64,000 bases of DNA from Epithemia pelagica (lineage: Eukaryota; Protista; Bacillariophyta), in contig OX337242.1 in the NCBI GenBank assembly GCA_946965045.2, positions 2,816,467 through 2,880,466 of the forward strand, in the 5' to 3' direction. Below, one piece after another: positions 13,267-26,376 of the stretch; the stretch's first letter is position 1, and every line of letters starts with the position of its first letter. A program made the position numbers and the translations under genes. The notes beneath the pieces are model-generated. The model was not told the DNA's origin and did no database searches. It was given only the letters and a program-made list of their open reading frames with translations.

Positions 13267-16189
13267 TCACCTTCTTTGCTTGGCGGCCACTGGCTGCCTT
13301 TTTTCGTCGGAGGTCGCGCCTTGTTTGAGTAGTTTTTCATTCTTGACAATCTCAGAGCGCACCTCCCTTGTAATACTTTCCATAGTGCGCATTTCAAAGT
13401 TCTTGTCTAGCTGGCGTCTCATTAAGGGATTCCTATCCATGAACGACGACCGAGAGAACACGCGTTCCTGGAATGCGTTTGTCGCAGGTTTCGATATCCA
13501 AATCAAGGCACTAGGAAAGAGTTTGGGGAATAGCATCTTGTTGTCGGACCACCATTTCAAGACGTCAAAATATTTCCCAACGACATGGAAATAGTGTTCC
13601 GTACAGGCCAACTTGAATTCTTGTCGTTTTTCAGGGTTCCACGAACCAAATAGTTTCAGAAATGCGGCAGTGGGATACTGGCGAATCAAGTCCTCCCAGG
13701 ATCCATGAACAACGTTCTCGCAGAATTCGAGATAGCGTCCGAACTGTTCATCACACATCTTGTATAGCTTGGCTCTATCAACTTGGTCATCTGTACTGGT
13801 ACTTGTCGCCGTCGCCTCCATCAGTGCAGCATTTTCTTTCTCCTTGGTGATGCGATGTGTCTTGAAGATGTTAAAGCAGTCCATTACATTCAAGACAGCT
13901 TTTGGGACTGAAGACTCTTCCTCTTCGTCCTCGATGATCTCCACAGGTGTACTTTCCTTGTGTTGTTCACGTTCCTGCTGATTCGACTTGGACTGGGGAT
14001 TGGTGCCATTCTTCTTTGGCTGCGAGAACTTGCGGATAATGTCCATCACAAATTCTTTCCGAATCCGTTTAAGACTCTCATCGTCGTAAACCTTTATGGT
14101 TTTCAGTATGTTGGGACCATAAGATGCAAGGAAAGGATGTCCACACATGGCGTGTTCAGCGTGGGAGTCATGGCCTTCCTGAATGTAGTTTGTATATTCC
14201 ACAAGTACTCGCTCGATCAACAATTGACTCTTTTCTGACAATTTGTCGTATGTTACAATGTCTCGATACGATTGAAGCTTGGCGATGGTGAGACTGGCAT
14301 CCCATGGGCGTGCATTAGGCCCAGTAACAGTCAACACGGGCACTCCCTTATCTTTCATAACTTCCACACAATGCTTACTGGTGAAGATTTCGAGCAATGA
14401 ACAAGCCGATGCAGAAGGGTCGTCAACTTGGAGTGACATGGAGACTTGTTTGAGTGGGGCCAAGATTCCCTCGAATTCGGCCAAGAGCTGCCAGTCCTCT
14501 TCAGAGGGATAATGTTTAATGAATTCGTCGTCCTTGTACTCAAATTTCTCTTTTGTATACATATCCGTTACAAATTTGTTCCGGAATAGGTCATGAAAGG
14601 TAATGATGCAGCCTCCAACACGGGTTGTATTCGGCATAGAGACTTTGATGACCTTCCTCCCATGTTTTAGGGCGTAGGAACGTAGCTTTTCAAATCTTTT
14701 GGCACGCGAACTCATCATCCATGCTGCAAATTTGAAGAATTTTCTATAAACAGTCATGAATTCCTCGTTACTGTCCACCACTTCGCCTTTTTTTCCGGAC
14801 TGCCAGACCTGTGGAGTGTTTCAAGATCAGTTCGGCCCTGTGCATGTCGCACTTGCCGCCTGTCTTATTACCCACTATATACTTTCCAGCCAACACGGCG
14901 GAGTTCGTGTTGTCATTCACGGAGGCAGAGAGGTCTTGTTGCGTAAAGCCGACAGCGTTGAGGATTGATGAGGTGTGGTCGGCTACTTGTTTTGCTGTAT
15001 GGCCCTTTGTTGAGCAAAGGCCAATCGGGAGTCTGTAAGATTTACAGTTCCGAGGATCGGTGAACATCAAACAAACCCCAAGGACATCCTTGTCATTTCC
15101 CTGCCAGATGTTGTGTGTTATCGTAGAAAAGGCGATGGGTTTGTTGCATAGATCATGGTACGCTTGTCGTACGTTTTCTCCAAGTTCCGTAGCGGTCTTG
15201 AGAAAACCATTGTAGGACTCCAATCTCATCCGAGTGATTGCTTTGTTGCTTATGGAACAGTCCTTTTCCTTGAGCTTTGGGGCGTTGGCAATTGCACACT
15301 TAAGAAGATCTCTAAACGATTCCTTCTCAACAGTTGATGCCGGGAAACCACAGTCATTCACGAACTTATAAATTGACTGATGAAACATTACTCTGGCATC
15401 TTGTTTGCTAACCATTGTGCCAGAATACATGGAAATGGGTTGTTGAGTAGGGTCGGTTGCAACAGAGGCAGTATCTTCCACGACTTCGGGGTGGTATTTA
15501 CCGAAGTGTGTGCTGATGTTGGACGAAAGGCCTCTGCCAAGACCAAGGAGACATTTGTCGAGACTAACAGTCGGGTCGTCGAAGCAATGTGGACAAACAA
15601 CAAGCTTCTTTACAATGGAATGATAGCCATTGTTCATTTCTTTGTCTTCATCAGAAGCTGACTCTAACAATTGCAGACACGAAAATAAACCTGGCATTTT
15701 CCCCAAATTGACAGCGGGGTTTGATTTTAAGGTCTTCTTCGTGCTGGTCAATTTCTTGAAGTTCAGGTAACGAACTTTTCCAAAGAACGAATTTTGGAAA
15801 TTTCGAAAGAGCTTCTTCGGAGGTGGACAAAACGAGACATGTGATTTCTCTTGTTTGATTTCATCCTTTTGGCTTTGTGTCAAGGGTCCCTCGTCCGTAG
15901 GAGCAGGAGCAGCAACTTGTTGAGAGTTGTCTTCATTGTTGGCTGTTGTAGGAGGCGCCTGGTTTTCATTTTCTCTTTCATTGGTTGTTGTCGGTGGGTT
16001 CATGGGTTCTTCATTGTTGTCGTCACCTCCAGTTGCTGACGATAGTGGAGCTTCTTTGGAGGATTGAGATGACTGCTGTTGATTCTTTCCTTGGGGAGCC
16101 ATGGCATACATGAATGTCGCTGATGAAAGACTGGAAACAGCAGGGGAGTTCAAATCTACTTCAATGTCCTCGATTGGCAACAAAGACAT
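13267..16189 (-). pseudogene. hAT transposase with a frameshift near 14775; a low-complexity tail may continue in 12527-13135
   Basis: BED-like finger (CPHC...HFGKYH), catalytic-type region (VNDNTNSA, CDMH), and the C-terminal dimerisation motif VLKWW...FPKL...KPATNAFQERVFS. Confidence 0.85.
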
Positions 16190-16917
16190 GTGCTTTCAAC
16201 CAGAGATTGGTTGTTTGATTCCGACAGTGTCAACTGGAAAAATCACACCTCATTCGTGTGCTGTAACGCTTCAATAAGCCACAACAGAGGTGAAGAGATT
16301 GTGTGTTGGGTTCAGTGTTAAGAGGTAAGAGGTAAGGGGCCAGTACCGATTATATCTTGTTGACTGTGTTTGTTGCTGTAGGATAGTGCCAAGTGACCAA
16401 GTGTCGACAGTCGACACTGACACTAGTTGCAATGAAGTAAAATTACAACTTGATTTGGAGAATTTAGTTCTCATCTTGAGACTTGCAATTAGACTTCAGA
16501 CTTCGAGTCACTAAGTGGAGACATGTAACTTGATTGAACTATGTGAGAAAATTGCAACTTGGATAATTACATTGGTGTGTGCCAATGTTCCGGTAATAAG
16601 AGCTTGTAAATAACTAAGTTGGATGGGTCCAAGTCAAGTTCGATGAAAAATGTGAGCGATTTGACTTTGTGCAAAAAGTTCGTTTGGGAAAGGCTAGTAA
16701 TGTGATTTGATTTGTGAAATTATGGTGAAAAAGTTCAAAAGTTGCAGAACTTAGAAAATTTTTCGCGAGTGACTTCCACACCCTGCTTGCAAAACAACAG
16801 CTGGAGCATGACACGTCGGAAATATGACGTCAAATCCGGGTAGGCCGATCGCTATGCTGACGTATTGGGGCTTTCTGATTGGCCTCGTTATCCGGATATC
16901 GGCCAACCAACAAACTC

Positions 16918-19900
16918 CACACATCGCCCGCCTCGCCGGTAAAAGCACCTCCGCTGCCAACCGTCGCCCCGCTCGCAGCCAGGCGAACCACCATCTAGTA
17001 CCATCACACATCTCACCACCCTGCTCTACGAAACAACAAAAAAGGACACAGCGGCACCAAGCCCACGTCAAACGACACACCATCGCCACCCAAAAGCAAC
17101 ACCAAAAACGTCCATCCAGCACGACGAAAAGCGCACGGACCTTTGTCTCAGCGCCACCTTGCCTTTTATTGGGCACCAACAACCATCCAAACGAGTAGTA
17201 TTGTAGTCACCTTTTGTGTAGTACCGAAATGCCGGATTGGATTCACCAATGCCTCCTCTTGACACTCCAAGTGTTGCACCAGTACCCCGAGTTGAAAGAG
17301 GCTTGGTCCACCTTTTGACAATACTTGGAGTCCCACAATGGATTTTTTTGGCAAACCGGCCACACGGCGGAACTGTGTTGTGGGGCGAGTCAAGTCCCAG
17401 AGATGAGAGTGCGCGGAACGTGCACCACGGATTTGACTCTGTGTGTTTGGAGGCCCGGTATCGGACCAGAAATCACGACGGATCCCCATAACAATTACAA
17501 CAACTAGACCGCATTTGTTCTTGTCACACTGGACAAAAGAAGAATGACATACTCTCAACGACAACTTTCATCGCAACAAACTAGAAATCGTACCTTGGTT
17601 TTTGATTCGCAACAGGAGGCGTAGTGCAATAAAGAACAACAACAACAAAGAAGAGCACTACCTAGTACGATGTTTTGCTTCTGTCTTTCTTGGAACGAGA
17701 ATCCTCCTCCAGTATTGACCAACTAGTAGATCAGGATTCACGCCAACAACAACAAGACCAGACAAATCTCTTTGTTTTGTGGCACCGCATTGCAGTCGGG
17801 TCGCCAATTATGTGGTCGCAATGGCATGAAGAAAACAATACAATTACTGTTTGAGAGTAAAATGATAATGCTAGAGTTCCGCTAATGTTAGGACATACAT
17901 GCAATACGTTGCAAATTTCTTCAAGTTCCATCCTTCCCGTCATCACCACGGTGCGTCTTGGACCTTGTGCGTTTACGAGCTGATGTCGAGGAATTGAAGG
18001 GGGGAAAATGAGCATCTCCGATGCCCATTCCTTCCCGAAAATGATGCCATCCGTTAAGTTGCTGCTCACAGAGTCGACGAAAACACCACGTATGCTTGTC
18101 CAGTAGTGGTAATGTCGCACAGGTAGGGTTCTGAGATCCACCAATCACAGCAACATGGTTGGCAACAGTCACCATACTGCAACCACTGCGGGAATTCGCG
18201 AATGGTGGGAGATTCCACACGTGGTTGCGGTGCGTATCCAAGACTTGCACGGTTGAATCGGCTCGTCCTCCCGCCACCACCAGACAAGATCCCACGGCAA
18301 CCACTGCACAAGACCTTCGTGCATTGGAAAGCACCAAATCAGAATGAGTGGTCCAGGTGGGTGAGAAAAAAATGAACGTCGAGCCAGTTTCCTTTTCAGT
18401 CTCATCACTGTTAAACGGTGTTGTGCCGTCCAAATACTCCACCAAGTCAAGATTGCCATGCTCATTACGGCCTCCAACGACAAAGATGCGGTGACCAATA
18501 ACCACACTGGCACATAATTGTCGAGGAACAGCCATGGATGGTCCAGCAGTGACAATGTGATTGTTGGTATCAATAATATCCACTGACGACAAAAATTGAT
18601 CGTTGTAATAGCCACCCATTACAACCATGTATCGGTTGTGAACCGCGACAGCACAACATCCTGATCGTCCCATTGATAAGCGACATGTCAATGTTGTCCA
18701 ATGACTATCCTGAGTGGTGGTGGTTGTTAAGGATGATCGAAGCAAATCATTGCCATCAATTCGTTCAATACAATCCAAAGGTCCTCGCCTGTATCCTCCC
18801 ATCACGTACACGCTGCCATTGCAAACAACAGCGGCATGATCGTCACGTTTCTTGCTCATGGGTGGTCCTTCTCGCCATTGCTTGTCTGGGTCTGATAGAT
18901 TCAATACAAGAACTGAATCCGTGGTACCTTGGCCTTGTTGCCATCCTCCCAACACGACGACCGTCTGCCCCCTGTTATTGTTGCTATCGTTTTCCGTATC
19001 GGGGTGATCCAGTACGACCGAAGCATGACCCAAACGCCATCCACCCTGGAGAGGAGGCCAGTCCTCGAAGTTCCATTGTGCTGTCTCTTCCAAAAGAACA
19101 AGGCCCGACTGCCATGCCCGTTCTTTCAGTGTTCTTGTCATGGTCACGGCGCTGACAAGAAATTGCGGCACGAGAAGTGTAATAGAGCAACGCGTGGGCG
19201 TTTGGAAACGGTGTGCCTGTCCTGCGTACGATGGTGAAGGGCATTCAATCGCACATAGAATTCATGACTAGCCCCAATGGTATCAAGACGACATTTGTGA
19301 TGAAGAGGTCCTTTTGTATGATGAATAGGTCCACAGAAGGAAGCAAGGCCACAAGTACAACTACACAAAAACAAGAATCGACGACATGATGGACCAGAAG
19401 GAGCATGATGTCATTCATCCCATTGTGACTCGCTTCCCGTGCTGCAATAGCAGCAGACGCCTGTATTCGTCTTTTCTTTGGATCGCTTTAGAAAATGTCA
19501 CATGGATGTGGTTGGATCGCAAGGGTTGGTCCCCTATGCCATTATTGATACCAACTCCATCAATCATCTTTTTTGGAGAGCCAAAACCGTCCCGTGCCGT
19601 CTTTGCCAGTTGTCAGCAATGCTCGCGCATGTGGTCCAAAGATTGTGGCAGACGCATATCGCACTGGCTCAATGGCCTCCGTTCGCCAAGGTGGGTCTCA
19701 GGACCGGTGCTACATTTTGCCAATGGGTGATGTTGTCGTCTTGATTGGAAACCGCAAGAGCTCAAGGAACCAAAAGTGGACCGGGGGAGTCGTCGCTTGG
19801 ATCCACCTGGCGTCGAGAACGTACAAGAGTTTTGTGTGTCCGGTTCCGGCAAAACGACCTACCGCCAAAACAGAGCCAAACTTGATGAGGATTTCACGAC

Positions 19901-20300
19901 AAACAAGAGAAGCCAGTCTGGACAATAAACAATCAATCAACTTTCCTGTCCTGCTCGTGACAAGGCTTTGTTGGATGAGTTCGTGCTGCTTGTTGTCGCT
20001 TTCTGATTCTGCTGCTTATTAGTTCGAGGTACAACGATTGTCGTGGCGGAGTGGTGACGGAACCAAGGTCACAAGCACAACTACACAGTGACGAGAATCC
20101 GACGACATGATGGACCAGAAGGAACATGATGTCATTCATCCCATTCTGACTCGCTTCCTTGTTGTATTATAGCAGCAGACGCCTGCATTTGAGGAGACAA
20201 AGCAGCAAGAGGACGAACAAGAGTACATGATAGGAGCGATCACGAAGAGAGGAACGTTCATCGGCAAGATGGAATGACCGAAATCAAAGGAGAAGACGGA
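16918..20300. repeat. Direct segmental duplication, copy 2
   Basis: Matches 5758-9340, with an indel difference around 19260-19340. Confidence 0.9.
17921..19141 (-). CDS. Kelch-repeat protein, near-identical paralog of 6751-7971
   Basis: Same length (1221 nt) with few substitutions. Confidence 0.85.
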   Translation of the reverse strand: MTRTLKERAWQSGLVLLEETAQWNFEDWPPLQGGWRLGHASVVLDHPDTENDSNNNRGQTVVVLGGWQQGQGTTDSVLVLNLSDPDKQWREGPPMSKKRDDHAAVVCNGSVYVMGGYRRGPLDCIERIDGNDLLRSSLTTTTTQDSHWTTLTCRLSMGRSGCCAVAVHNRYMVVMGGYYNDQFLSSVDIIDTNNHIVTAGPSMAVPRQLCASVVIGHRIFVVGGRNEHGNLDLVEYLDGTTPFNSDETEKETGSTFIFFSPTWTTHSDLVLSNARRSCAVVAVGSCLVVAGGRADSTVQVLDTHRNHVWNLPPFANSRSGCSMVTVANHVAVIGGSQNPTCATLPLLDKHTWCFRRLCEQQLNGWHHFREGMGIGDAHFPPFNSSTSARKRTRSKTHRGDDGKDGT

Positions 20301-21003
20301 GACAAGACTGGCAGATTCTCAGGAATGAGCATATTGGCGGTTCCCATTGCAGATATCGAATGGCATACAGTTGCCGTTGGCATTACCCAGATTACCAATT
20401 TGGGTCTCAAAGCCTTGTCAAGAGCACTGGACGATGAAGATTGTGTCATTGTATTCTTCATGATGAGGGTGACATTCGAATGGCTATGGCACTGCGAGAT
20501 AGCTTACGGTGGTGTATGTTTGGTCGGAAATACCAACGGACCGACGATTGTATGAAACAGGTTTTGGAAGCATTGGACAAGAATGCGGATTGACATACTT
20601 TGGATATGCGGTACAGGAAGGTATTCCATACAGAACTAAACTTTTTGTCAAGACAATGAAAACCATGAAAAAGGTCAACCATTCATATGTATGGATCCAA
20701 TCTAGGAGTAATTCTCTAATGACGAAATGTGGCCTGTAGTACAACGGCTATTGGTGATGGAAGCAACTTCTGCCGCAGACATGGTGATAGCGCGCGTGTG
20801 CGTTTGTGTTTGTTCGAATGCATTGCCACACCGCATGGGGAGAATCAAAACAATGAGAGGAAGCGAGCCAGAAGAAGGAGAATCCAAACCACTTTTATTC
20901 TAGTAGCGGAGAAGGGCCCTGAGGAGTCCTGTGCTACTACGTTCCGATAGATAGAACCAGCTTATTGAATGCAACAATCACGAGCTCCTCGTATTCGACG
21001 AGG

Positions 21004-23991
21004 TCATTCATCATCGTCGTCATCCTCATCATCATCATCGCTGTCCACATCGTCGTCTTCATCATCATCCTCATCGCTGTCCACATGTGCCTCCAAGACG
21101 GGGCAAAACCACTCATCGCTGGGCAAACGCGAGCACGAAACGACGCCGTTGGTACCACCCATCTTTTTCGGAGGCACGTCGAATTCGTCGGGGAGGAGCG
21201 GAGCTCGGACGATGGACCCATTGAGGTATCCGGCCACGAGCCATTTACCATACATGGCGTGGGCCACCGGTCCTCCATTCCCTTGGCCGTCGTCTCTATC
21301 TGTTATCCAAAACCCAATATCATCATCCGGTACCTCATTGCTTTCTAACGAGAAACCGCCACTCTCAAAGGCTCCGAGACGACGCTTTTTACGTTTCGGT
21401 GGGAAACCAGCAAAAGGAGGAAATTCCACTTTTCCCAGTGCTAGCTGTCGTGCCAATTGTTGCCGAGTGGCCGCATCCTCGTCGTCGTCGCCATGTCGCT
21501 CGCCGAAAAACAGTCGACGATTGCCATCGCGTTTGTCCAGGCGAGCATCAGAACAGACGGACTCAATGTCAAACAGCCAGCAATTGTGGTCGACTTCATT
21601 CGACAGAGCGACTTTGCCCCCCGACCTTGCCATGGAACCGTGAGAGCCACTGTCTTCATAGTACCTGGCACCCACACGGGCGTACCCCTCCATGCTCAAC
21701 GAGACCTTGCCACGGCGACGATGCTTATTCACCTTGACAGCGGCAATTCGATCGGCACTGTCGTCAAAAAACAGTACACAACGTCCCGAGATGCTAATGC
21801 CGGAAATATCTTCGAGTCGATACTTTTGTTGCTTCCGCAACGACGCTGAAGGGTCCCAGAAATCAAATCGTGACAGCGGGACGCCGGGATTTTGCAGGTC
21901 CCACAAGACCATGGCATCGGGCAAGCCATGACCATGGCGCATAGAGTAACTCAAAAGGTACTTGTCTTTGAGCATGACGGCCATGGCGCGGATGATTCCC
22001 GAATGTTCTCGCCATGTTTCCAAAGCTTTGCCAGTGGAGAGATCAAATGGCAAAATGTTTCCTTCGCCACAAGCCTGGGCCGCGTCCAGATCAAAATCGG
22101 AATAGTCTTGGTTCCACTCGATGAGACCTGCCGGGGAGCAGTGGAGACCCACCACCAACGTGTCCATCCATGCTTCCTCATCTTCATCCCACAAGGGAGC
22201 GACGACAATGGTAGCAATGGAAGGAAATGCGACTCTTCCTTTCGTGTCTTGACCGACGTGGCAGGTATAGGTAGTCACGAGGCTTCCATTGCTCCCATTG
22301 AGACAGTGGACCACTGATGGTTGTGGATCATCGTCGTCGATCGCATGGGTCCAAACATACAAGAGGTGCTTCCCGTCGTCCTGCTGGCGAATCACCAAGC
22401 CAGCCACGCCACCTGTTGCTCGAAGCCAAACGCCAATGTATTTGCTAAAGTGTTCAAAGTCGTCCGTACAATCTTCAAACACTTGTTTGGACCAAAGTAA
22501 CTGGTTGGTTTTGAGGCACCACTTGTTGAGCATGCCATTCACGTGGCCACAATAAAGTACCATCTTCCCATCATCCTCTTGAGCCATTTCCATGACGGTA
22601 ATCATCTTGTGGTTCGTGTCGTTGCACTTGGAGACCACCACAGCATCTTGTTTCCTTCCCAGCACTTTCGGTTCGGGTGGCAGGGGATGGGACGGCCCCA
22701 CATCCGCGTCAATGCCGGCAAGAATCGTGTCTGCCTCCAAGGGATAAGTCCCGTACACCCAACTGGCTTCCACGGCACAGAGGAGCTCGTGAAGGGTGCA
22801 AAAGGTGCGACGCCACGTAACGAGTACTTGATCCGAAGAAAACTCTCGATGGTCGTGTCCCGTGGCCCGACCCACCAGGACGCGTAACATGCCATTTTTG
22901 TATTTGATCCAGCGAAACTTGCCACTGGTAAAATGAGCATATGTCTTGGGAAAGGTCTTGCCAAAGTCAAAGGACGGAGTTGTCTTGGTTTCATCCACTG
23001 CTTCGTCTCGTGGCTTTCGAAACAACAGGAGTTTGGGTCCAAACTGGGCATTTTCATCGTTACTTCGCTCTGTCATGTGCTCAAAGGAAGCATCCCCCGT
23101 GGAATCGGACGGAAACACATGACGCGACACAAAGTTGCGATTGTATCGTTTGGTTTGCTTGGTGGGCGTCCATGCCTCTTCGGCCAACGTTAGAAACTCT
23201 TGCATGTCGGTAAAAGTCTGCGACGCAAAAAAGACGTCACTGCTACACGTGGCATTCTCCATGGAACACCAAACCGTGTCCCGTTCGGATCGAATCTTGT
23301 TGCACAATCCCCAGGTAATGCTCCCCACTTGTTTGGACAAGAATGCCTTGGCAAAGTTGGGATAGAATGCGTCAATCTGATCTTCTTTGTGGAGACTGTA
23401 CGCCGCTAAAGCCTCCATTCGCTGAACTTGTGCCTTCGAATCGGCGGGACCAAGGTACCGAAGAATGGCTCCCGCAACCATTGGTCGAACCGACACTACT
23501 TTACAATACAAATGGGTGGTGGATCCCATGTCGTAGGTAAAATGAAGAATATGACCTTGGGGAAGCAGGGCGGTACTTAGTTTTTCACGGGCCGCATCCA
23601 ATAATTGATATTCGTCCTCATTCAAGTCTTGGCGGTACATGTTCAACTGTTCGCGGGGTGCGACCAAGTGGCCACCTCGGTACTGATCTTCATTGTCCGA
23701 ATCTTGGTCCTCACTACCACTACTTCTACTATCATCGTCCATCCTACCGAGGCCTCGGCCTTGCGCAGTCTTGAGATGATGCTGGAGCGAGCTGACTTTC
23801 CAGTTCCACGCGTGTGCATGGACATGGTAATCGTTGGGACGGCGTTTTTGGAGGGAGTGATTGCACAATTCAGTCGCCAACTGCAGAAAGGAATCCTTGG
23901 AGGTGGCAATCAACTGTTCGTCGTCCCACAATGGTTCCTGTTTCTTCCACACGCGCGGTTCCACATCGGTAATGCCCAAGACAAATTCCAT
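21004..23991 (-). CDS. About 995-aa protein: N-terminal pRiA4b-ORF3-like segment plus a probable WD40-like beta-propeller and an acidic tail
   Basis: Start MEFVLG is shared with the paralog. LHFTYDMGSTTHLYCKV resembles the pRiA4b/MM3350 YDxG motif. LYCGHVNGMLNKW, WREHSGIIRAM and MVLWD are WD-like. Confidence 0.65.
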   Translation of the reverse strand: MEFVLGITDVEPRVWKKQEPLWDDEQLIATSKDSFLQLATELCNHSLQKRRPNDYHVHAHAWNWKVSSLQHHLKTAQGRGLGRMDDDSRSSGSEDQDSDNEDQYRGGHLVAPREQLNMYRQDLNEDEYQLLDAAREKLSTALLPQGHILHFTYDMGSTTHLYCKVVSVRPMVAGAILRYLGPADSKAQVQRMEALAAYSLHKEDQIDAFYPNFAKAFLSKQVGSITWGLCNKIRSERDTVWCSMENATCSSDVFFASQTFTDMQEFLTLAEEAWTPTKQTKRYNRNFVSRHVFPSDSTGDASFEHMTERSNDENAQFGPKLLLFRKPRDEAVDETKTTPSFDFGKTFPKTYAHFTSGKFRWIKYKNGMLRVLVGRATGHDHREFSSDQVLVTWRRTFCTLHELLCAVEASWVYGTYPLEADTILAGIDADVGPSHPLPPEPKVLGRKQDAVVVSKCNDTNHKMITVMEMAQEDDGKMVLYCGHVNGMLNKWCLKTNQLLWSKQVFEDCTDDFEHFSKYIGVWLRATGGVAGLVIRQQDDGKHLLYVWTHAIDDDDPQPSVVHCLNGSNGSLVTTYTCHVGQDTKGRVAFPSIATIVVAPLWDEDEEAWMDTLVVGLHCSPAGLIEWNQDYSDFDLDAAQACGEGNILPFDLSTGKALETWREHSGIIRAMAVMLKDKYLLSYSMRHGHGLPDAMVLWDLQNPGVPLSRFDFWDPSASLRKQQKYRLEDISGISISGRCVLFFDDSADRIAAVKVNKHRRRGKVSLSMEGYARVGARYYEDSGSHGSMARSGGKVALSNEVDHNCWLFDIESVCSDARLDKRDGNRRLFFGERHGDDDEDAATRQQLARQLALGKVEFPPFAGFPPKRKKRRLGAFESGGFSLESNEVPDDDIGFWITDRDDGQGNGGPVAHAMYGKWLVAGYLNGSIVRAPLLPDEFDVPPKKMGGTNGVVSCSRLPSDEWFCPVLEAHVDSDEDDDEDDDVDSDDDDEDDDDDE

Positions 23992-24535
23992 GGCGTCGTC
24001 TGTTTTTTGTTGTTGTTCTCTCGGGGGAATCTCTCCAGTCGGCCGCTCTCTATGCTCACACGCTCTCTCCGCTGTCGAGATTCGAGATTTGTTCTTCGCA
24101 GAGAGCCTCACGGCAATGTGAGAGATTGAAAATTGAGGAACAACACACAACAAACACCACTTACTCCGCTTCGCTTTCAATGCGCGTCTTCTCCCGTCGC
24201 ATTGGTGGAGTTTCAAGATCCAATGATACCAAGACGGATACCCGACGCGCGATCGCGAACGGGTCCGCAGTGATCTCTTTCTGGGGGGGTACCCCCAAAC
24301 ACCGGTAAACCGGTCGCACATGTATCGTGCAACTACGTTGCAAACCGAAAGGGCCAAATACCATAGTTGCCCCTTTCCTGATAATATATCAAGTCACAAA
24401 CGATGAGATGACCATGAAGAATACTCTTCTTTTCCCCCAATATCATCTTTGTTTTTTACTTTTATAGCCACTCATCCAGCTTTACTAGACGGCATCACTG
24501 GCATCATCATCCATGTGATTCTCTTTTCCGGGACC

Positions 24536-26157
24536 ATGTCGTCATTCCCATCCTTCTTCGCGTCCTCTCCAAGAATGCCGCATCGTTTGTCCCCAACACG
24601 GATTCCACGTCAAACTCCTAGTACCACGCCACAACGACAACGACAGCGAGGAATGTATCTACCAGCAGGAAGAAAATCGTTGTGTTGTGGTCGGTGGCGA
24701 CAGTGTTCTTGCTGTTGGAGTGCGGCGTTTTCCACAACGACCTGCGAATCCATGTCCAGCCATCCAAACGAGGAGAACCACAACAAACCCAGGAACCACA
24801 ACAACCGCCACAGCCTTTGGTCCAGTCGAACAACGTAACCAGGAACGAAGAACAAGTCACAATCCACCATTCGATTAACAGCAGTTCCTCAAAAACGACG
24901 ACGACTCTTCCGTGGTTCAATCGAACCTTGACCATGGTCGTTGCAATGTATGGCCAAATGAGCAATCATCTACTGTACATGGCGCAGGCTCGTCAGATTC
25001 AACAAACTCTCGAAGCAGCGGTGCCCGGTCTGTCCATTCGCTTGATTGGACAGCCAGGAAACCACTTTCTCAACGTTATTCCACAGTGCTTTCCTGGATT
25101 ACGGACAATCTACAGTTCTGGTGGCAAGAATGACCCGGAACAGTTTGGGCCTATTCAAACGGCTCAAAAGAAGTGGCTACGGAAGAACGCCATATAACTA
25201 CACAATGTCAAAACACCGTCTCAAATTGAGTTGCTTCGAGACTTGTTGAAACAGCAGTACGAAGCGGAGCAACAGCTCCAACGTGGAATTCAACCCAACT
25301 TGAATCACGTTCCCTTGCCATCCTCGTTTCCCAAAAATCCCTACTCGATACCATTCCTCTACGTAACCGAGAAAATGCCCTTATCCGGTATTTTGCAACA
25401 TGCCGATTTGTACCACGACCTTCGTCACTGGCTTCGCATCGATCCCTCGTGTTGTGCCCAGCTACCGTACGAGGATGAAACCGTGTTTCATTTTCGGAAC
25501 TTTGTTACAGAAATTGAAGTACTCAACAAATCAACCACGAAAGAGAGGTTTGGGGAACTGACACCCGGCGATACCGCTCAACACTTGTTTGGTCCGCCGC
25601 CACCCTTGTCCCACTCCATCTCATCTCACATGAGCAGCACCAGCACCAGCAAACACCAGAACAACCACAGTGCCAGTAGTAACCGAATAGCGATTATCAG
25701 TCGGTATCCGAGCACAGCGACCCCCTATGCGCAAGCGTTACATGACCAGGGATGGAAGGTACAAGTGATTCAGAATCAATCGGGAATTCAAGACTTCTGT
25801 TTTGCCATGTCGACACAAGCCACAGTTGTGGGGGTTGCCCATTCCACCTTTGTCCAATTGCCCGGTTTGTTGGGCAATGCCTCCACGGTACGATGGTATT
25901 ATTTGACGCAAACCATGGGGAAGCAGCGTCAATCATCAACAAAATTTTGCTACGAAACTAAAGACCGCAACCACTTGACATCGTCCGCTGTGGGCTTGGT
26001 GGAACAAAAGCGTACCTTCTTTCCCCTGGACCCCTCGGTGCTGAATTCTCCTCAACAAGAGTTTCGACAGGAACTCGTTTGTCCGTCAGGATTCATTACA
26101 GGTCAATCCTTGAAACAACAATCCGATGCGCTGTTAGTATCCACTCCAGATTCATGA
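24536..26157 (+). pseudogene. Type II membrane glycosyltransferase-like gene (GT11/fucosyltransferase-like), with a frameshift near 24680 and an in-frame TAA at 25195
   Basis: TM + stem, then YGQMSNHL, VFHFRNF and QDFCFAMS...HSTF motifs. ORFs 24682 and 25231 share a frame. Confidence 0.55.
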
Positions 26158-26376
26158 AATACTCGGGGCTACACAAGAGCTGTCACATGATTTGTACCTA
26201 CTAGACCACACGGTACTCATTCGAACGAAACCATTCTATGTGCTTGTCCTTGGATCAAGGAATTTTGTGTTTGGGTTGTGCCTGGACAATGCTTTGTTAG
26301 GATCCAATCCGGAGAAAGGAACATGTGTACCTAGACCACACGGTCCTATAATTCAAACGAAACCATATTCTATGCG

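Larger units (their letters stand above)
9871..16785 (-). mobile_element. hAT DNA transposon (6915 bp) with cargo
   Basis: Perfect 14-bp TIR CAGGGTGTGGAAGT (9871-9884 / 16772-16785), 8-bp TSD CTTGCAAA (9863-9870 / 16786-16793), AT-rich subterminal regions with GTTGCAAC-type repeats, and a hAT transposase. Confidence 0.95.

Noticed and set aside
20300-20720. LRR-like gene fragment (TNLGLKALSRALDDED)
   Set aside because: Only one weak repeat in short broken frames; insufficient for a feature.
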